64,000 bases of DNA from Candidatus Hydrogenedentota bacterium (GTDB taxonomy: Bacteria; Hydrogenedentota; Hydrogenedentia; Hydrogenedentales; JAEUWI01): assembly GCA_034669905.1 (NCBI GenBank), contig JAXMOL010000004.1:64001-128000 (forward strand), read 5' to 3'. Under the pieces are notes generated by a model, which worked only from the letters and a program-made list of their open reading frames with translations, searched no databases and had not been told where the DNA came from. The stretch's first letter is position 1. Each line of letters begins with the position of its first letter. The translations under genes and the position numbers were made by a program. Positions 29,234-38,266 of this stretch are shown piece by piece.

Positions 29234-30652
29234 TTATTCAGGCACCACAACCGTCGCGTAGGGCCGGGCCTCTTTCTTCAAGGTCTCGTTGAAGGTGTCG
29301 ATTGCTTCGCGTAGTTCGGCTACCAGCTCAGGGTGGGCTTCCGCGACGTTCTGCTGTTCACCCGTATCAGACTTCAGGTTGAAGAGTGCCAGGGGCGTCT
29401 CAAGTTGCTTGTAGGGGGCCGGTAATCCGCCGGTACCTCCTTTGCCCCCATCAAGACTACGGTATGGATGGGGCAGGTGTAACTTCCAGTCCCCCTTACG
29501 CACCGCCATGGGCTGGGTGCCCCGATAAAAATAAAAGGTCTCGTGGAGGATGGTGTCGGGTTGCTCCCCGGAGAGAAGGGGCCACATATCCACGCCATCA
29601 AGCTTTCGTTCCCCGGAGAGGGGCACCCCGGCACGGCCTGCGACCGTGGGCAAAAAGTCGAAGTTGGAAACGACGGCATCACTCACTTGTCCCGCCGGAA
29701 TCTTACCGGGCCACCGTACGATGCACGGCACCCGATGGCCACCGTCCCACGTGGTACCTTTGCCCTCCCGAAGGGGCAGGGCCCTACCCGCGTGATCGCC
29801 GTAGCTCAGCCAGGGGCCATTGTCGGAAGTGAAGAAGACGATGGTGTTATCGTCCAGCCCCAATTCCTGAAGCGTGCGAAGAATCTCACCGGTCGACCAG
29901 TCGATTTCCATAATGACATCGCCATACATGCCCTGCTTCGATTTGCCCCGGAACTTATCGGAAACACCCAGGGGCACATGGGGCATGCTATGGGCCAGAT
30001 AGAGAAAAAAAGGCTTCTTCGCATTGGCCTGGATAAACGCCAGGGCATGTTCGGTATAGCGGGTGGTCAACTGATTCTGGTCGGGATTCTCTTCGATAAC
30101 CTCCGTGTCCTTCATCAGGGGCAGTTCCGGGTAACCGGTAGCCGTGGGGTGTTTGGGCCACATGTCGTTGGAGTAGGGGATGCCGAAATAAGAGTCGAAG
30201 CCCTGGTTGGTGGGGAGGTAGGGGACTGTGTCGCCAAGGTGCCACTTACCAATGCAGGCCGTGGCGTAGTCTTTCTCCTTCAACACTTCCGCGATCGTCA
30301 CTTCATCGGGATGTAGGGCCCGCAGTTGCTTGTTGGACTTTTTTTTCGAAGGGCCAAGCACAAACGGAATGCCGACGCGAACCGGATAGCAACCGGTGAG
30401 CAGCGCGGCGCGCGAGGGACTGCAACTGTTGGCTGGACAATAGAAATTGGTAAAGCGAATGCCTTCTTCGGCCATCTGATCGAGATGGGGCGTTTCGAAA
30501 TCGGTGGCCCCGTAGGCCCCCGTATCAGCATAGCCTTGATCGTCCGTATTGATGATGATTACATTGGGCAACGCGAAGCCAGCCGAGGACCAGCCAACCA
30601 TGCTGACAAGCAGTGGAAGGACGGCCGCCCCGATCAGGTTATGCCTCTTCAT
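29234..30652 (-). CDS. Secreted arylsulfatase (Cys-type, FGly-dependent)
   Basis: Signal peptide, DDQGYAD, CSPSRAALLTG, GKWHLG, PHVP, SDNGP. Confidence 0.92.
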   Translation of the reverse strand: MKRHNLIGAAVLPLLVSMVGWSSAGFALPNVIIINTDDQGYADTGAYGATDFETPHLDQMAEEGIRFTNFYCPANSCSPSRAALLTGCYPVRVGIPFVLGPSKKKSNKQLRALHPDEVTIAEVLKEKDYATACIGKWHLGDTVPYLPTNQGFDSYFGIPYSNDMWPKHPTATGYPELPLMKDTEVIEENPDQNQLTTRYTEHALAFIQANAKKPFFLYLAHSMPHVPLGVSDKFRGKSKQGMYGDVIMEIDWSTGEILRTLQELGLDDNTIVFFTSDNGPWLSYGDHAGRALPLREGKGTTWDGGHRVPCIVRWPGKIPAGQVSDAVVSNFDFLPTVAGRAGVPLSGERKLDGVDMWPLLSGEQPDTILHETFYFYRGTQPMAVRKGDWKLHLPHPYRSLDGGKGGTGGLPAPYKQLETPLALFNLKSDTGEQQNVAEAHPELVAELREAIDTFNETLKKEARPYATVVVPE

Positions 30653-30935
30653 CTTCTTCCTCCCACGCCTCGATCAGCAAACTATGGCCAAATTCCCGGG
30701 CTTCTTTGACAAACTCCAGTGATTCATCATCGTCGTCGAGCGCGTCTTCAACCACTTCGAAATAGGACAGGGTATCGCCGGGCGCCCACCCGGACTCACG
30801 GATATAGAACCGGGCCAACTCCTCGGCACCAGCCGGTTCCTGGAAGTTGATCCACGCCGAAACATCAGCGCACTCGAAGCCTTTGTGTTCTTCATTGTCC
30901 GCATTAGGGGTGGCCGTGAGGGTAAACAGATACAT
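30639..30935 (-). CDS. Small acidic hypothetical protein
   Basis: MYLFTLTATP...EEEDEEA (98 aa). AAGGA RBS upstream. Stop overlaps the sulfatase start. Confidence 0.6.
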   Translation of the reverse strand: MYLFTLTATPNADNEEHKGFECADVSAWINFQEPAGAEELARFYIRESGWAPGDTLSYFEVVEDALDDDDESLEFVKEAREFGHSLLIEAWEEEDEEA

Positions 30936-31109
30936 GGGTAACTTCCTTGCGCTTTGAGGTGTTTCGAAAAATGGGGATGCCCAGACGGGTAGTCTACCTG
31001 AGATTGTGGCTGTGGGCCAAACCCAACACGGGGCTCGAAGAGGATTGATCGCGGGCTTGCCCGGTGTCAGAATAGCGGCCACGTAAGCCCACAACGAGGA
31101 GCCCGGAAC

Positions 31110-31502
31110 ATGACACAACCAGCAGGTTTCAGCACGGTTACTCCCTACCTGTTCGTAGACGGCGCGGCAGGATATATCGAGTTTCTGAAAGCCGCTTTCG
31201 ACGCCGAGGAACTCGGTCGCCATCTCGGCCCCGGCAAGCGTATTGCCAATGCCATCCTGCGCATCGGCACCGCTTCCTTCATGCTCAGCGATTGCACCGA
31301 AGCCTTTCCTGCCATGCCTTCCGCCTATTACCTCTACGTGGAGGATGCCCATACGGCGATGGCACGGGCCCTTGAAGCAGGGGCCATCCAGGTGATGGAA
31401 GTGGGGGATATGCCCTATGGGGACCGGCAGGGGGGCGTGCGAGACCCCTTTGGAAATCTCTGGTGGATCTCCCAGCGGCTGGTCGACACCCCCTACTATT
31501 AG
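31110..31502 (+). CDS. VOC-family protein (PhnB-like)
   Basis: VTPYLFV, F.KAAFDAEE, YLYVED, YGDRQGGVRDPFGNLWWI. Confidence 0.88.
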   Translation: MTQPAGFSTVTPYLFVDGAAGYIEFLKAAFDAEELGRHLGPGKRIANAILRIGTASFMLSDCTEAFPAMPSAYYLYVEDAHTAMARALEAGAIQVMEVGDMPYGDRQGGVRDPFGNLWWISQRLVDTPYY

Positions 31503-31508
31503 CTGCCG

Positions 31509-31865
31509 CTACAGGTGTTGGAGAATGTTCACTACGTTACCATAGGGATCCACGACATAAAAGCGTCGCACTCCCCAGGCTTCGTCCGTGGGGCCGTAGG
31601 TTATTTCAAAGCCCGCTTCCCGCATTCGTGCGCAGGCCTCATCCACCTTATCGACTTCAATGGATACATCGGGAAGGGGCGTGCCCGCGCCCCCTTCTGT
31701 CGCCACACTGATCTGTATCGGCATGGAATCCGCTCCCATATAGGTCTGTATCCACCCCTGATCCATCTGGCAATCGAGTCCCAGGACGTCCTGATAAAAG
31801 ACATCCCCGGCTGACCGCTGCGGCTCGGTTGCTTTCAGGTTGGCGACGATGCGTTTAACCCGCAT
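31509..31865 (-). CDS. VOC-family glyoxalase/bleomycin-resistance protein
   Basis: VKRIVAN, FYQDVLGL, SIEV, WGVRRFYVVDPYG. Confidence 0.88.
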   Translation of the reverse strand: MRVKRIVANLKATEPQRSAGDVFYQDVLGLDCQMDQGWIQTYMGADSMPIQISVATEGGAGTPLPDVSIEVDKVDEACARMREAGFEITYGPTDEAWGVRRFYVVDPYGNVVNILQHL

Positions 31866-31867
31866 GA

Positions 31868-32653
31868 CTAAAGTCTTCTCACCCCAAAGCCGCCCCCCAC
31901 TTCGATAACCGCGCCCGTGGCATAGTCAAAGTAGCCTTCCGTGAAAGCCAATACTGCTTTACCCACATCCTCGGGCGTGCCCCAGCGCTTCTGTAGCAAG
32001 AGTCCATCGCCGATGAGGGCATCGTATTTGTCCGTCACCCCTTTGGTCATATCGGAGCGAATGACGCCCGGTTGAATCTCAAACACATTGATGCCATGGT
32101 CGGCAAGTCGAATGGTAAAGAGCTGACTGGCCATCGTGCCACCCATCTTGCTGATGCAGTACTCCGCCCGGTTCACGCTCGCGGCCGTGGCCGAGATACT
32201 GGTTATAAAGATGATCGTCGGGGTGATGGCCCCGTCTGTCCGTGGATTCGCCACCAGGTGATTGGCCACGCATTGGGTGAGAAAAAAAGTACCCCGGAGA
32301 TTGATGCCCATGACCCGGTCGTAGCTCTCTGGCGTCGTCTCCAGAATGTCGAAACGTTGGGCCAGGGAAACACCGGCATTATTCACGAGGACATCCACCT
32401 GACCGAAGGCATCCAGCGTTTCCTGGAGGATGCGCGGGTGGTCTTCGAGACAGGCCACGTCGCCACGAATGGGGCAAAGTTCTTGCCCCAGGGCCTCTAC
32501 GGCGGCTTTCACCTCATAAAGCCCAGACTTCGTATCCTCCGGGTCGGGATTCGTGGCCACACCGGCAATATCGTAGCCCTGGGCAGCCAGACTCAGGGCG
32601 ATACCCCGGCCAATGCCCCGACTGGCCCCCGTAATCAATGCGACTTTTTTCAT
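31868..32653 (-). CDS. SDR oxidoreductase (sugar-related, 3-ketoacyl reductase-like)
   Basis: TGASRGIG, NNAG, EYCISK, PGVIRSDMT. Confidence 0.88.
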   Translation of the reverse strand: MKKVALITGASRGIGRGIALSLAAQGYDIAGVATNPDPEDTKSGLYEVKAAVEALGQELCPIRGDVACLEDHPRILQETLDAFGQVDVLVNNAGVSLAQRFDILETTPESYDRVMGINLRGTFFLTQCVANHLVANPRTDGAITPTIIFITSISATAASVNRAEYCISKMGGTMASQLFTIRLADHGINVFEIQPGVIRSDMTKGVTDKYDALIGDGLLLQKRWGTPEDVGKAVLAFTEGYFDYATGAVIEVGGGFGVRRL

Positions 32654-32709
32654 GGCGTGTTCTCAGTTCTTTCTCATCTCGATAGAAGGCAGACGATTGG
32701 AAGACGAAC

Positions 32710-33855
32710 CTACAGTTCCGGTACGTCGAGCCAACGGCGCTCTTCCCAGCTCTGGATACCAAGTTCGGCCAATTGTACACCCTTGGCCCCTTCACGGAGT
32801 TTCCAGGGGAATTCCTCATCGAGTACCACGTGGCGAAGAAACTTCTCCCACTGCACCTTGAAGGCGTTGTCGTGAAGGACATTCGTGGGCACTTCGGTCC
32901 ACCCGGCATTGAAATCGATGGGGCTCGCGATATCGGGATTCCAGACGGGCTTGGGCGTATTGGCAGCATGTTGGGTGACACATTCGCGCAATCCGGCCAC
33001 CGCAGAGCCCTTGGTGCCATCGACTTGAAGGGTGACCAGGTCATCACGGCGCACCCGAACGCACCAGGAGGAATTAAAGTGGCAGACCACGTTCTGATCG
33101 GTCACAAAGGTGGCATAGGCCGCGTCATCGGCGGTGCAGGTATAGGTCTTGCCCTGCTCATCCACACGGGTGGGGATGTGGGTGGCGCCCAGGCAGGAGA
33201 CCGAGGTGACGTTACCAAAGAGGTTGTCGATAAGATAGCGCCAATGGCAGAGCATGTCGGAGATAATTCCGCCACCGTCTTCTTTGCGGTAGTTCCACGA
33301 GGGGCGCTGGGCAGGTTGATCTTCACCGGTAAAGACCCAGTATCCAAACTCACCGCGCACCGACAGAATCTCTCCGAAGAAGCCGGTATCGATCAGGTGT
33401 TTCAGCTTGAGAAAACCGGGCAGCCAGAGTTTGTCCTGCACCACACCATGTTTGATGCCTGCGGCCTCGGCGAGGGTATGAAGCTCCAGCGCCTGCGCTG
33501 TCGTCTCGGCGGACGGCTTCTCGCAATAGATGTGCTTGCCCGCGGCAATGGCCGCCTTTACATCGGGAAAACGACGTTGCGTCACCTGGGCGTCGAAATA
33601 GATGGGGTAGTTGTCATCTTGCAGCAACGAGGCCAGATCGGTGGAATAGGGCAGGCCGCCGTGGGCATTGGAGAGGGCCTGCAGTTTGTTTTCATTCCGA
33701 CCCACGAGGATGGGCTCGGGAAAGATGACCACATCGTCGTTGACCCGGATGCCGCCTTCCGAGCGAATCGCGGCGATGGAGCGGGCAAGGTGTTGGTTGG
33801 TGCCCATGCGCCCCGTGACGCCGTTCATGATGATACCGATTTTTCGTACATCCAT
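32710..33855 (-). CDS. Gfo/Idh/MocA-family oxidoreductase
   Basis: IIMNGVTGRMG, KHIYCEKP, GGGIISDMLCHW. Confidence 0.88.
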   Translation of the reverse strand: MDVRKIGIIMNGVTGRMGTNQHLARSIAAIRSEGGIRVNDDVVIFPEPILVGRNENKLQALSNAHGGLPYSTDLASLLQDDNYPIYFDAQVTQRRFPDVKAAIAAGKHIYCEKPSAETTAQALELHTLAEAAGIKHGVVQDKLWLPGFLKLKHLIDTGFFGEILSVRGEFGYWVFTGEDQPAQRPSWNYRKEDGGGIISDMLCHWRYLIDNLFGNVTSVSCLGATHIPTRVDEQGKTYTCTADDAAYATFVTDQNVVCHFNSSWCVRVRRDDLVTLQVDGTKGSAVAGLRECVTQHAANTPKPVWNPDIASPIDFNAGWTEVPTNVLHDNAFKVQWEKFLRHVVLDEEFPWKLREGAKGVQLAELGIQSWEERRWLDVPEL

Positions 33856-33912
33856 GGTGTTTTTCCTTTATTCCGGTGGTGACGGGACGCGCCCTGCCAC
33901 GTTCAATCGCGC

Positions 33913-35298
33913 TCAGGACGTGGCAGTTGCCGGTCCGAAAAAGGTCAGGTAGGTGTCCTTGTCAATCAGCCGTTTCAAATACACGGCCAATTCCATCATG
34001 TGGTAGTCACCCCACATAGAGGATTCTCCACAGGGTACCGATTGCCCCTCGGGAATGAAATCCCAGCCATTGGGGCGATGATAGACCGAATGGAGGAGCA
34101 GGCCCTGGTGCTTCGGATCTTCCGAGACATAGGGCGTATCCAGCAGTGTCTTGGTAACCGCCAGGCCCGCCTGGAAATAGCGCTCTCCCAACGCGGTATC
34201 GGTCCCGAAGTGCATGCCCAAGCGCAGAAGGCCCTGGGCCGAAATTGCGGCGGCGGAGCTATCCACCGGCTCGTGGGCATTAAAGGGATCAGAGATATTC
34301 GCTGCGTAATCGGGCAGGTTTACCAGGCCCGGCGCGCCCGTATCCCAGAAGGGAATACCGTCGAAGCTGGTGTGCTCGATATAGAATTCCGCCGTCGCTT
34401 GCGCCATTTCAATCAACAGGGAACGCAGCGCTTCTTTGCCACCAACCACATCGCAATCGCTCTCACTGAGTTCGTCGATGAATTCCAGCTCTTCCGCTGC
34501 GCCGAGCAGTACCCACGCCAGACCCCGGGTCCACGTCGAGAAGGCCGAGTAGCCCTGTTGTGTGCTGGGACAGCGGTACTGGCCGTCAGTCATGTTAAAG
34601 ATACTCTCGTGTACTACCCGCCCGGGAATATCATAGATATCCCGGCCCTTGCCGTAGTAGACATTGTAGCGGTGCGTATTCTGAATGTGCTCCAGCGCCC
34701 GCTGGGCCAGGGAAATCTTCTGGTCACCTTCCCCCATCAGGACGTGACCCAACTGATGGGCCTTCATGAGGATACGGCAAGAGCGTATGGTGTCACTGAA
34801 GAGGGAGTGGGGGCCGTTGAAGCTGTGGATGTACCCCGTGCCATCGGCGATGCGGGACCAACGGGCCGCCTGTACGGCACCGGACGTCTTGATGGCCAAC
34901 TCGTAGAAGGCCTTCACCTCTTCCTGCATGTCGATTCGGCCTTCATTGGCCAGTCGCAGCACGTTACCGTAGGTAGAAAGGTTATTGAAGCCGTGGTCGT
35001 GCACGCCGATGTGGCTGATGTGGGGAGCCATGTGGTCGTGAATGCGGAGTTTCGCGAGGTCAAGAAAGCGACTGTCCCCGGTTGCATCAAACTGCAAAAC
35101 CAGACAACCGTATTGGAAGCCCTGCGTCCACTCGGTCCAACCACGGCTGGTGTAGGTGCCGGCTTCTGTAAAGACTGGCGATCCCTGCGTGGGTACCCAC
35201 GCCTCATCCAGCGCGATCATTGTCGCGCCGGCCATCTCGAAGAAGTCTTGCAGGGGGACTGACAAATCCTGCATGTTCAGCGTGTTCGTGATATCCAT
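33913..35298 (-). CDS. GH88-like unsaturated glucuronyl hydrolase
   Basis: WTEWTQGF, HDHGF, TQQGY...STWTRGLAW, PFWD, DSSAAAI, WGDYH. Confidence 0.8.
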   Translation of the reverse strand: MDITNTLNMQDLSVPLQDFFEMAGATMIALDEAWVPTQGSPVFTEAGTYTSRGWTEWTQGFQYGCLVLQFDATGDSRFLDLAKLRIHDHMAPHISHIGVHDHGFNNLSTYGNVLRLANEGRIDMQEEVKAFYELAIKTSGAVQAARWSRIADGTGYIHSFNGPHSLFSDTIRSCRILMKAHQLGHVLMGEGDQKISLAQRALEHIQNTHRYNVYYGKGRDIYDIPGRVVHESIFNMTDGQYRCPSTQQGYSAFSTWTRGLAWVLLGAAEELEFIDELSESDCDVVGGKEALRSLLIEMAQATAEFYIEHTSFDGIPFWDTGAPGLVNLPDYAANISDPFNAHEPVDSSAAAISAQGLLRLGMHFGTDTALGERYFQAGLAVTKTLLDTPYVSEDPKHQGLLLHSVYHRPNGWDFIPEGQSVPCGESSMWGDYHMMELAVYLKRLIDKDTYLTFFGPATATS

Positions 35299-35414
35299 GT
35301 GTTAACCTCAATCGGGTTTGATACGGTCATCCGGTCACCCGTCCACATCCGTGCGTTCCGCAGCCCGGGCGACCACTTGGCTGCCAGTATCCCACACCGG
35401 AGACCCTGTCCGCT

Positions 35415-35447
35415 TGGTAAATTGGGAGAACTGGGTGGTATATTGGG
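35415..35447. promoter_or_regulatory. Tandem direct repeat, putative AraC-family binding sites
   Basis: TGGTAAATTGGG (35415) and TGGTATATTGGG (35436), 21 bp apart, between the divergent GH88 operon and AraC gene. Confidence 0.6.
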
Positions 35448-35552
35448 CAATTCCGCAAACCATCGACCAGTAAAAACTCCTGAAGTGTCCTAAAGATACG
35501 GTAGAAGCATGGTCACCGATGATGGGCGATTCAGGCAATTTGGAATATTACA

Positions 35553-36443
35553 ATGACCGATTCGGTACAAAAGCCCGTGTCCCTTCAGCTCCCGGATTAC
35601 GGAGTCTGGGTCGCGGAGAGTGTTCACGGACCTACCTTTCGGATGGGACCGGAACGCCATGACTTTCACCAAATCTATGTGGTCCAACGGGGCGAAGTCT
35701 TGTTGCGAGACGAACGGCTCTCCGCCCCTGTCCTGGTCTCGGCCGGTTCACTATGGGCGATTCCAAAAGGCATTGCCCATCAAATGGAAGATACGGCAGA
35801 ATCCATTCTGCTGCTGGCCTGTCTCAGTGAAGAGCTGCTCCTCCAATCCGAGGCACGTTCCGCCCTCTGGGAAGCCTTGACCACCGGGCGCAGGTATCCC
35901 ATTCGACCGGATACCATCCTCTTTTCCCAGATTCTGAACACCATGAACCAGATTCTGGCGGAACAATGGCAGGAGCAGCCCGGCCATAGCCTCCTCGTTG
36001 GCGCGGAGTTGGATCGGCTCCTGGTTCGATTGGCCCGCATGCATAATGTGCCGGCGGGCAACTCGGCCCCTGACCGCGTCGCCCGGGTCATTGCGCTCCT
36101 GGATACCCAGTTCTACGAAGTCTGGGATATCGACCGGGCGTCGGCACTTGCTCATCTATCACGGCGTCGATTTACGACGGTCTTTCGTGAACTCACGGGC
36201 ACCACCTTCAATGACTACCTGACCCGGGTCCGACTGGGCCATGCCAAGGCCCTGCTGCGGGGGGGACAGCACTCGATTCCGGGTGCCGCGTTCGCCTCGG
36301 GTATGGCCGACATCTCCCATTTTTACCGCCTCTTCAAGAAGGAAAACGGCTGCACACCCGGCACCTGGATCCAGCGGACGGAATCGGGTGAAATGGCCGA
36401 CGGGTGTGAATTTCCAAACGAGACGCAAAGCGTTATAGAATAG
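35553..36443 (+). CDS. AraC-family transcriptional regulator (cupin + double HTH)
   Basis: ERHDFHQI cupin, LSRRRFTTVFRELTG, RLGHAKALL, SHFYRLFKK..G.TP. Confidence 0.92.
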   Translation: MTDSVQKPVSLQLPDYGVWVAESVHGPTFRMGPERHDFHQIYVVQRGEVLLRDERLSAPVLVSAGSLWAIPKGIAHQMEDTAESILLLACLSEELLLQSEARSALWEALTTGRRYPIRPDTILFSQILNTMNQILAEQWQEQPGHSLLVGAELDRLLVRLARMHNVPAGNSAPDRVARVIALLDTQFYEVWDIDRASALAHLSRRRFTTVFRELTGTTFNDYLTRVRLGHAKALLRGGQHSIPGAAFASGMADISHFYRLFKKENGCTPGTWIQRTESGEMADGCEFPNETQSVIE

Positions 36444-36505
36444 CGGGGGCCAATGGCCCGCACAGTGTGCGCAGTTTTCGAAGTTTTGCACCGGAGGATT
36501 CCCTA

Positions 36506-38245
36506 ATGTGGACGTCTATTGTGTTGGTTACCCTGGCCATGCTGACAAGCGCACCGGCCGACGAGGCTGATTTTTACGTTGCCACCGATGGCGCCGACAC
36601 CAACGAAGGGACGGTGAAGGCACCCTTCGCCACCCTGACCGCCGCGCAACAGGCCGTTCGTGCACGCATCGCCGCGGGCTTGAAAGAGGATGTCACGGTG
36701 TTTCTTCGCGGGGGCACCTATCGCCTCAGTGCTCCCTTCCACCTGACGGGGCCCGATTCGGGCACCGCCGACCATGCCATTACCTATGCCGCCTATCCCG
36801 GGGAGGAGGTTCTGCTCTCAGGCGGGCGCCCCATCACGGGGTGGACGGCGGGCGAGAACAACCGCTGGACGGTCACCTTGCCCGAGGTTGCGGCGGGGTC
36901 ATGGCGTTTCCGACAGCTTTTCGTCGATGGCCAGCGCTTGCCCCGGGGCCGTTTTCCCAATGCCCCCGGCCTCATGCGGGTGGCCGGTGTTTCTGAAGAT
37001 CTGACAGGCATTGTATTGGATGGCTCACCGGGTATCGACAACCTCGCGGGGATGAATGCAGAACTCGTGATGTTCCAGAATTGGTCCATTTCCCGCGCCC
37101 GTATCAGTTCCTCCAGTGATCGTACGCTGGCCTTGGAATATCCCATGGGCTGGGTGGGGCACGGCCCCATGACCAGCGCGAGTACGGGAAAACCGACCTA
37201 CGTTGAAAACGCCCTCGCTCTGGTGGACGTGCCCGGGGAGTGGTACCTGGACGAGACCAGCGGCGTACTGACCTATCAGGCAGCGGAAGGAGAAGATCCC
37301 AACAGCCGCTCTTTCGTGGCCCCGGTGCTGGACTCCCTGGTTGCTGTGGAAGGAACCGCCGAGAAACCCGTCTACAACATCCATTTTCACGGGCTCGATT
37401 TTTCCCATACACGGTGGGAACTGCCCGCCTTTGGTTACATGGGCATCCAGGCAGGTCACTACGGCACGACGACCAAGGACCCGACCTTTGTCTTGCCCCT
37501 CGCGTTGTCTTTCATCTACGCGGAGCACTGCAGTGTTTCACACTCACGAATTGGCCACCTTGGTGCCTGTGGCATTGGTTTTGGTGCGGGCGCGCGCAGT
37601 AATCGGGTAGAGGCCTGCACCCTGGAGGATATCGGTGCCAACGGGATCATGGTGGGCTGGCGGGGACGGGGCGAGATGTCTCCTGCTACGGAAGATGAAG
37701 ACAGCTTCCTTTCCGCCGACTGGCGTCAACCCGTCGATGTGCCCCTGGCCAACGTGATAACCCGCAACCTGCTCCAGCGATGTGGCGCCGTCAACCATGG
37801 GGCCGTGGCGATCTTCGATGCCTTCGCCCAGGGCACCAGGATTACACAGAACGTCCTACATGATTTGCCCTACTCCGGCATCTCCATCGGTTTCCGTTGG
37901 AACGAATCCAAGACAAGTCAGCAGAATACGCTGGTTGCGGAGAACCACGTTTATGACACCATGAAGATGTTGGCCGATGGCGGCTGTCTCTACACCCTGG
38001 GCTTCCAGCCGGGGACGGTCATCCGCGACAACCTGTTTCATGATGTGCATCGCAGTGACTTTGCCCACGGTGGGGCACCCAATAACGGTATCTTCTTCGA
38101 CCAGGGGAGCAAGGGATATCGGGTAGAGAACAATACCATCTACAACACGTCGGGCGAACCCCTTCGCTTTAACCAGACCAATGACGAAAACATGACGTGG
38201 AAGAACAACCGCCTGGGGGTGGGCGCGGATTCCGTTATCAAGTAG
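36506..38245 (+). CDS. Secreted right-handed beta-helix protein (GH141-like)
   Basis: Signal peptide, FYVATDGAD...GT..APFATL, LRGGTY, AYPGE..LSGG, PGEWY, DLPYSGISIG, DGGCLYTLG. Confidence 0.75.
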   Translation: MWTSIVLVTLAMLTSAPADEADFYVATDGADTNEGTVKAPFATLTAAQQAVRARIAAGLKEDVTVFLRGGTYRLSAPFHLTGPDSGTADHAITYAAYPGEEVLLSGGRPITGWTAGENNRWTVTLPEVAAGSWRFRQLFVDGQRLPRGRFPNAPGLMRVAGVSEDLTGIVLDGSPGIDNLAGMNAELVMFQNWSISRARISSSSDRTLALEYPMGWVGHGPMTSASTGKPTYVENALALVDVPGEWYLDETSGVLTYQAAEGEDPNSRSFVAPVLDSLVAVEGTAEKPVYNIHFHGLDFSHTRWELPAFGYMGIQAGHYGTTTKDPTFVLPLALSFIYAEHCSVSHSRIGHLGACGIGFGAGARSNRVEACTLEDIGANGIMVGWRGRGEMSPATEDEDSFLSADWRQPVDVPLANVITRNLLQRCGAVNHGAVAIFDAFAQGTRITQNVLHDLPYSGISIGFRWNESKTSQQNTLVAENHVYDTMKMLADGGCLYTLGFQPGTVIRDNLFHDVHRSDFAHGGAPNNGIFFDQGSKGYRVENNTIYNTSGEPLRFNQTNDENMTWKNNRLGVGADSVIK

Positions 38246-38266
38246 GGACCGTGATGCGAAGGGGGG

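Noticed and set aside
31110..31865. Two convergent VOC genes as a resistance cassette
   Set aside because: Different subfamilies; no integrase, attC site or flanking repeats.
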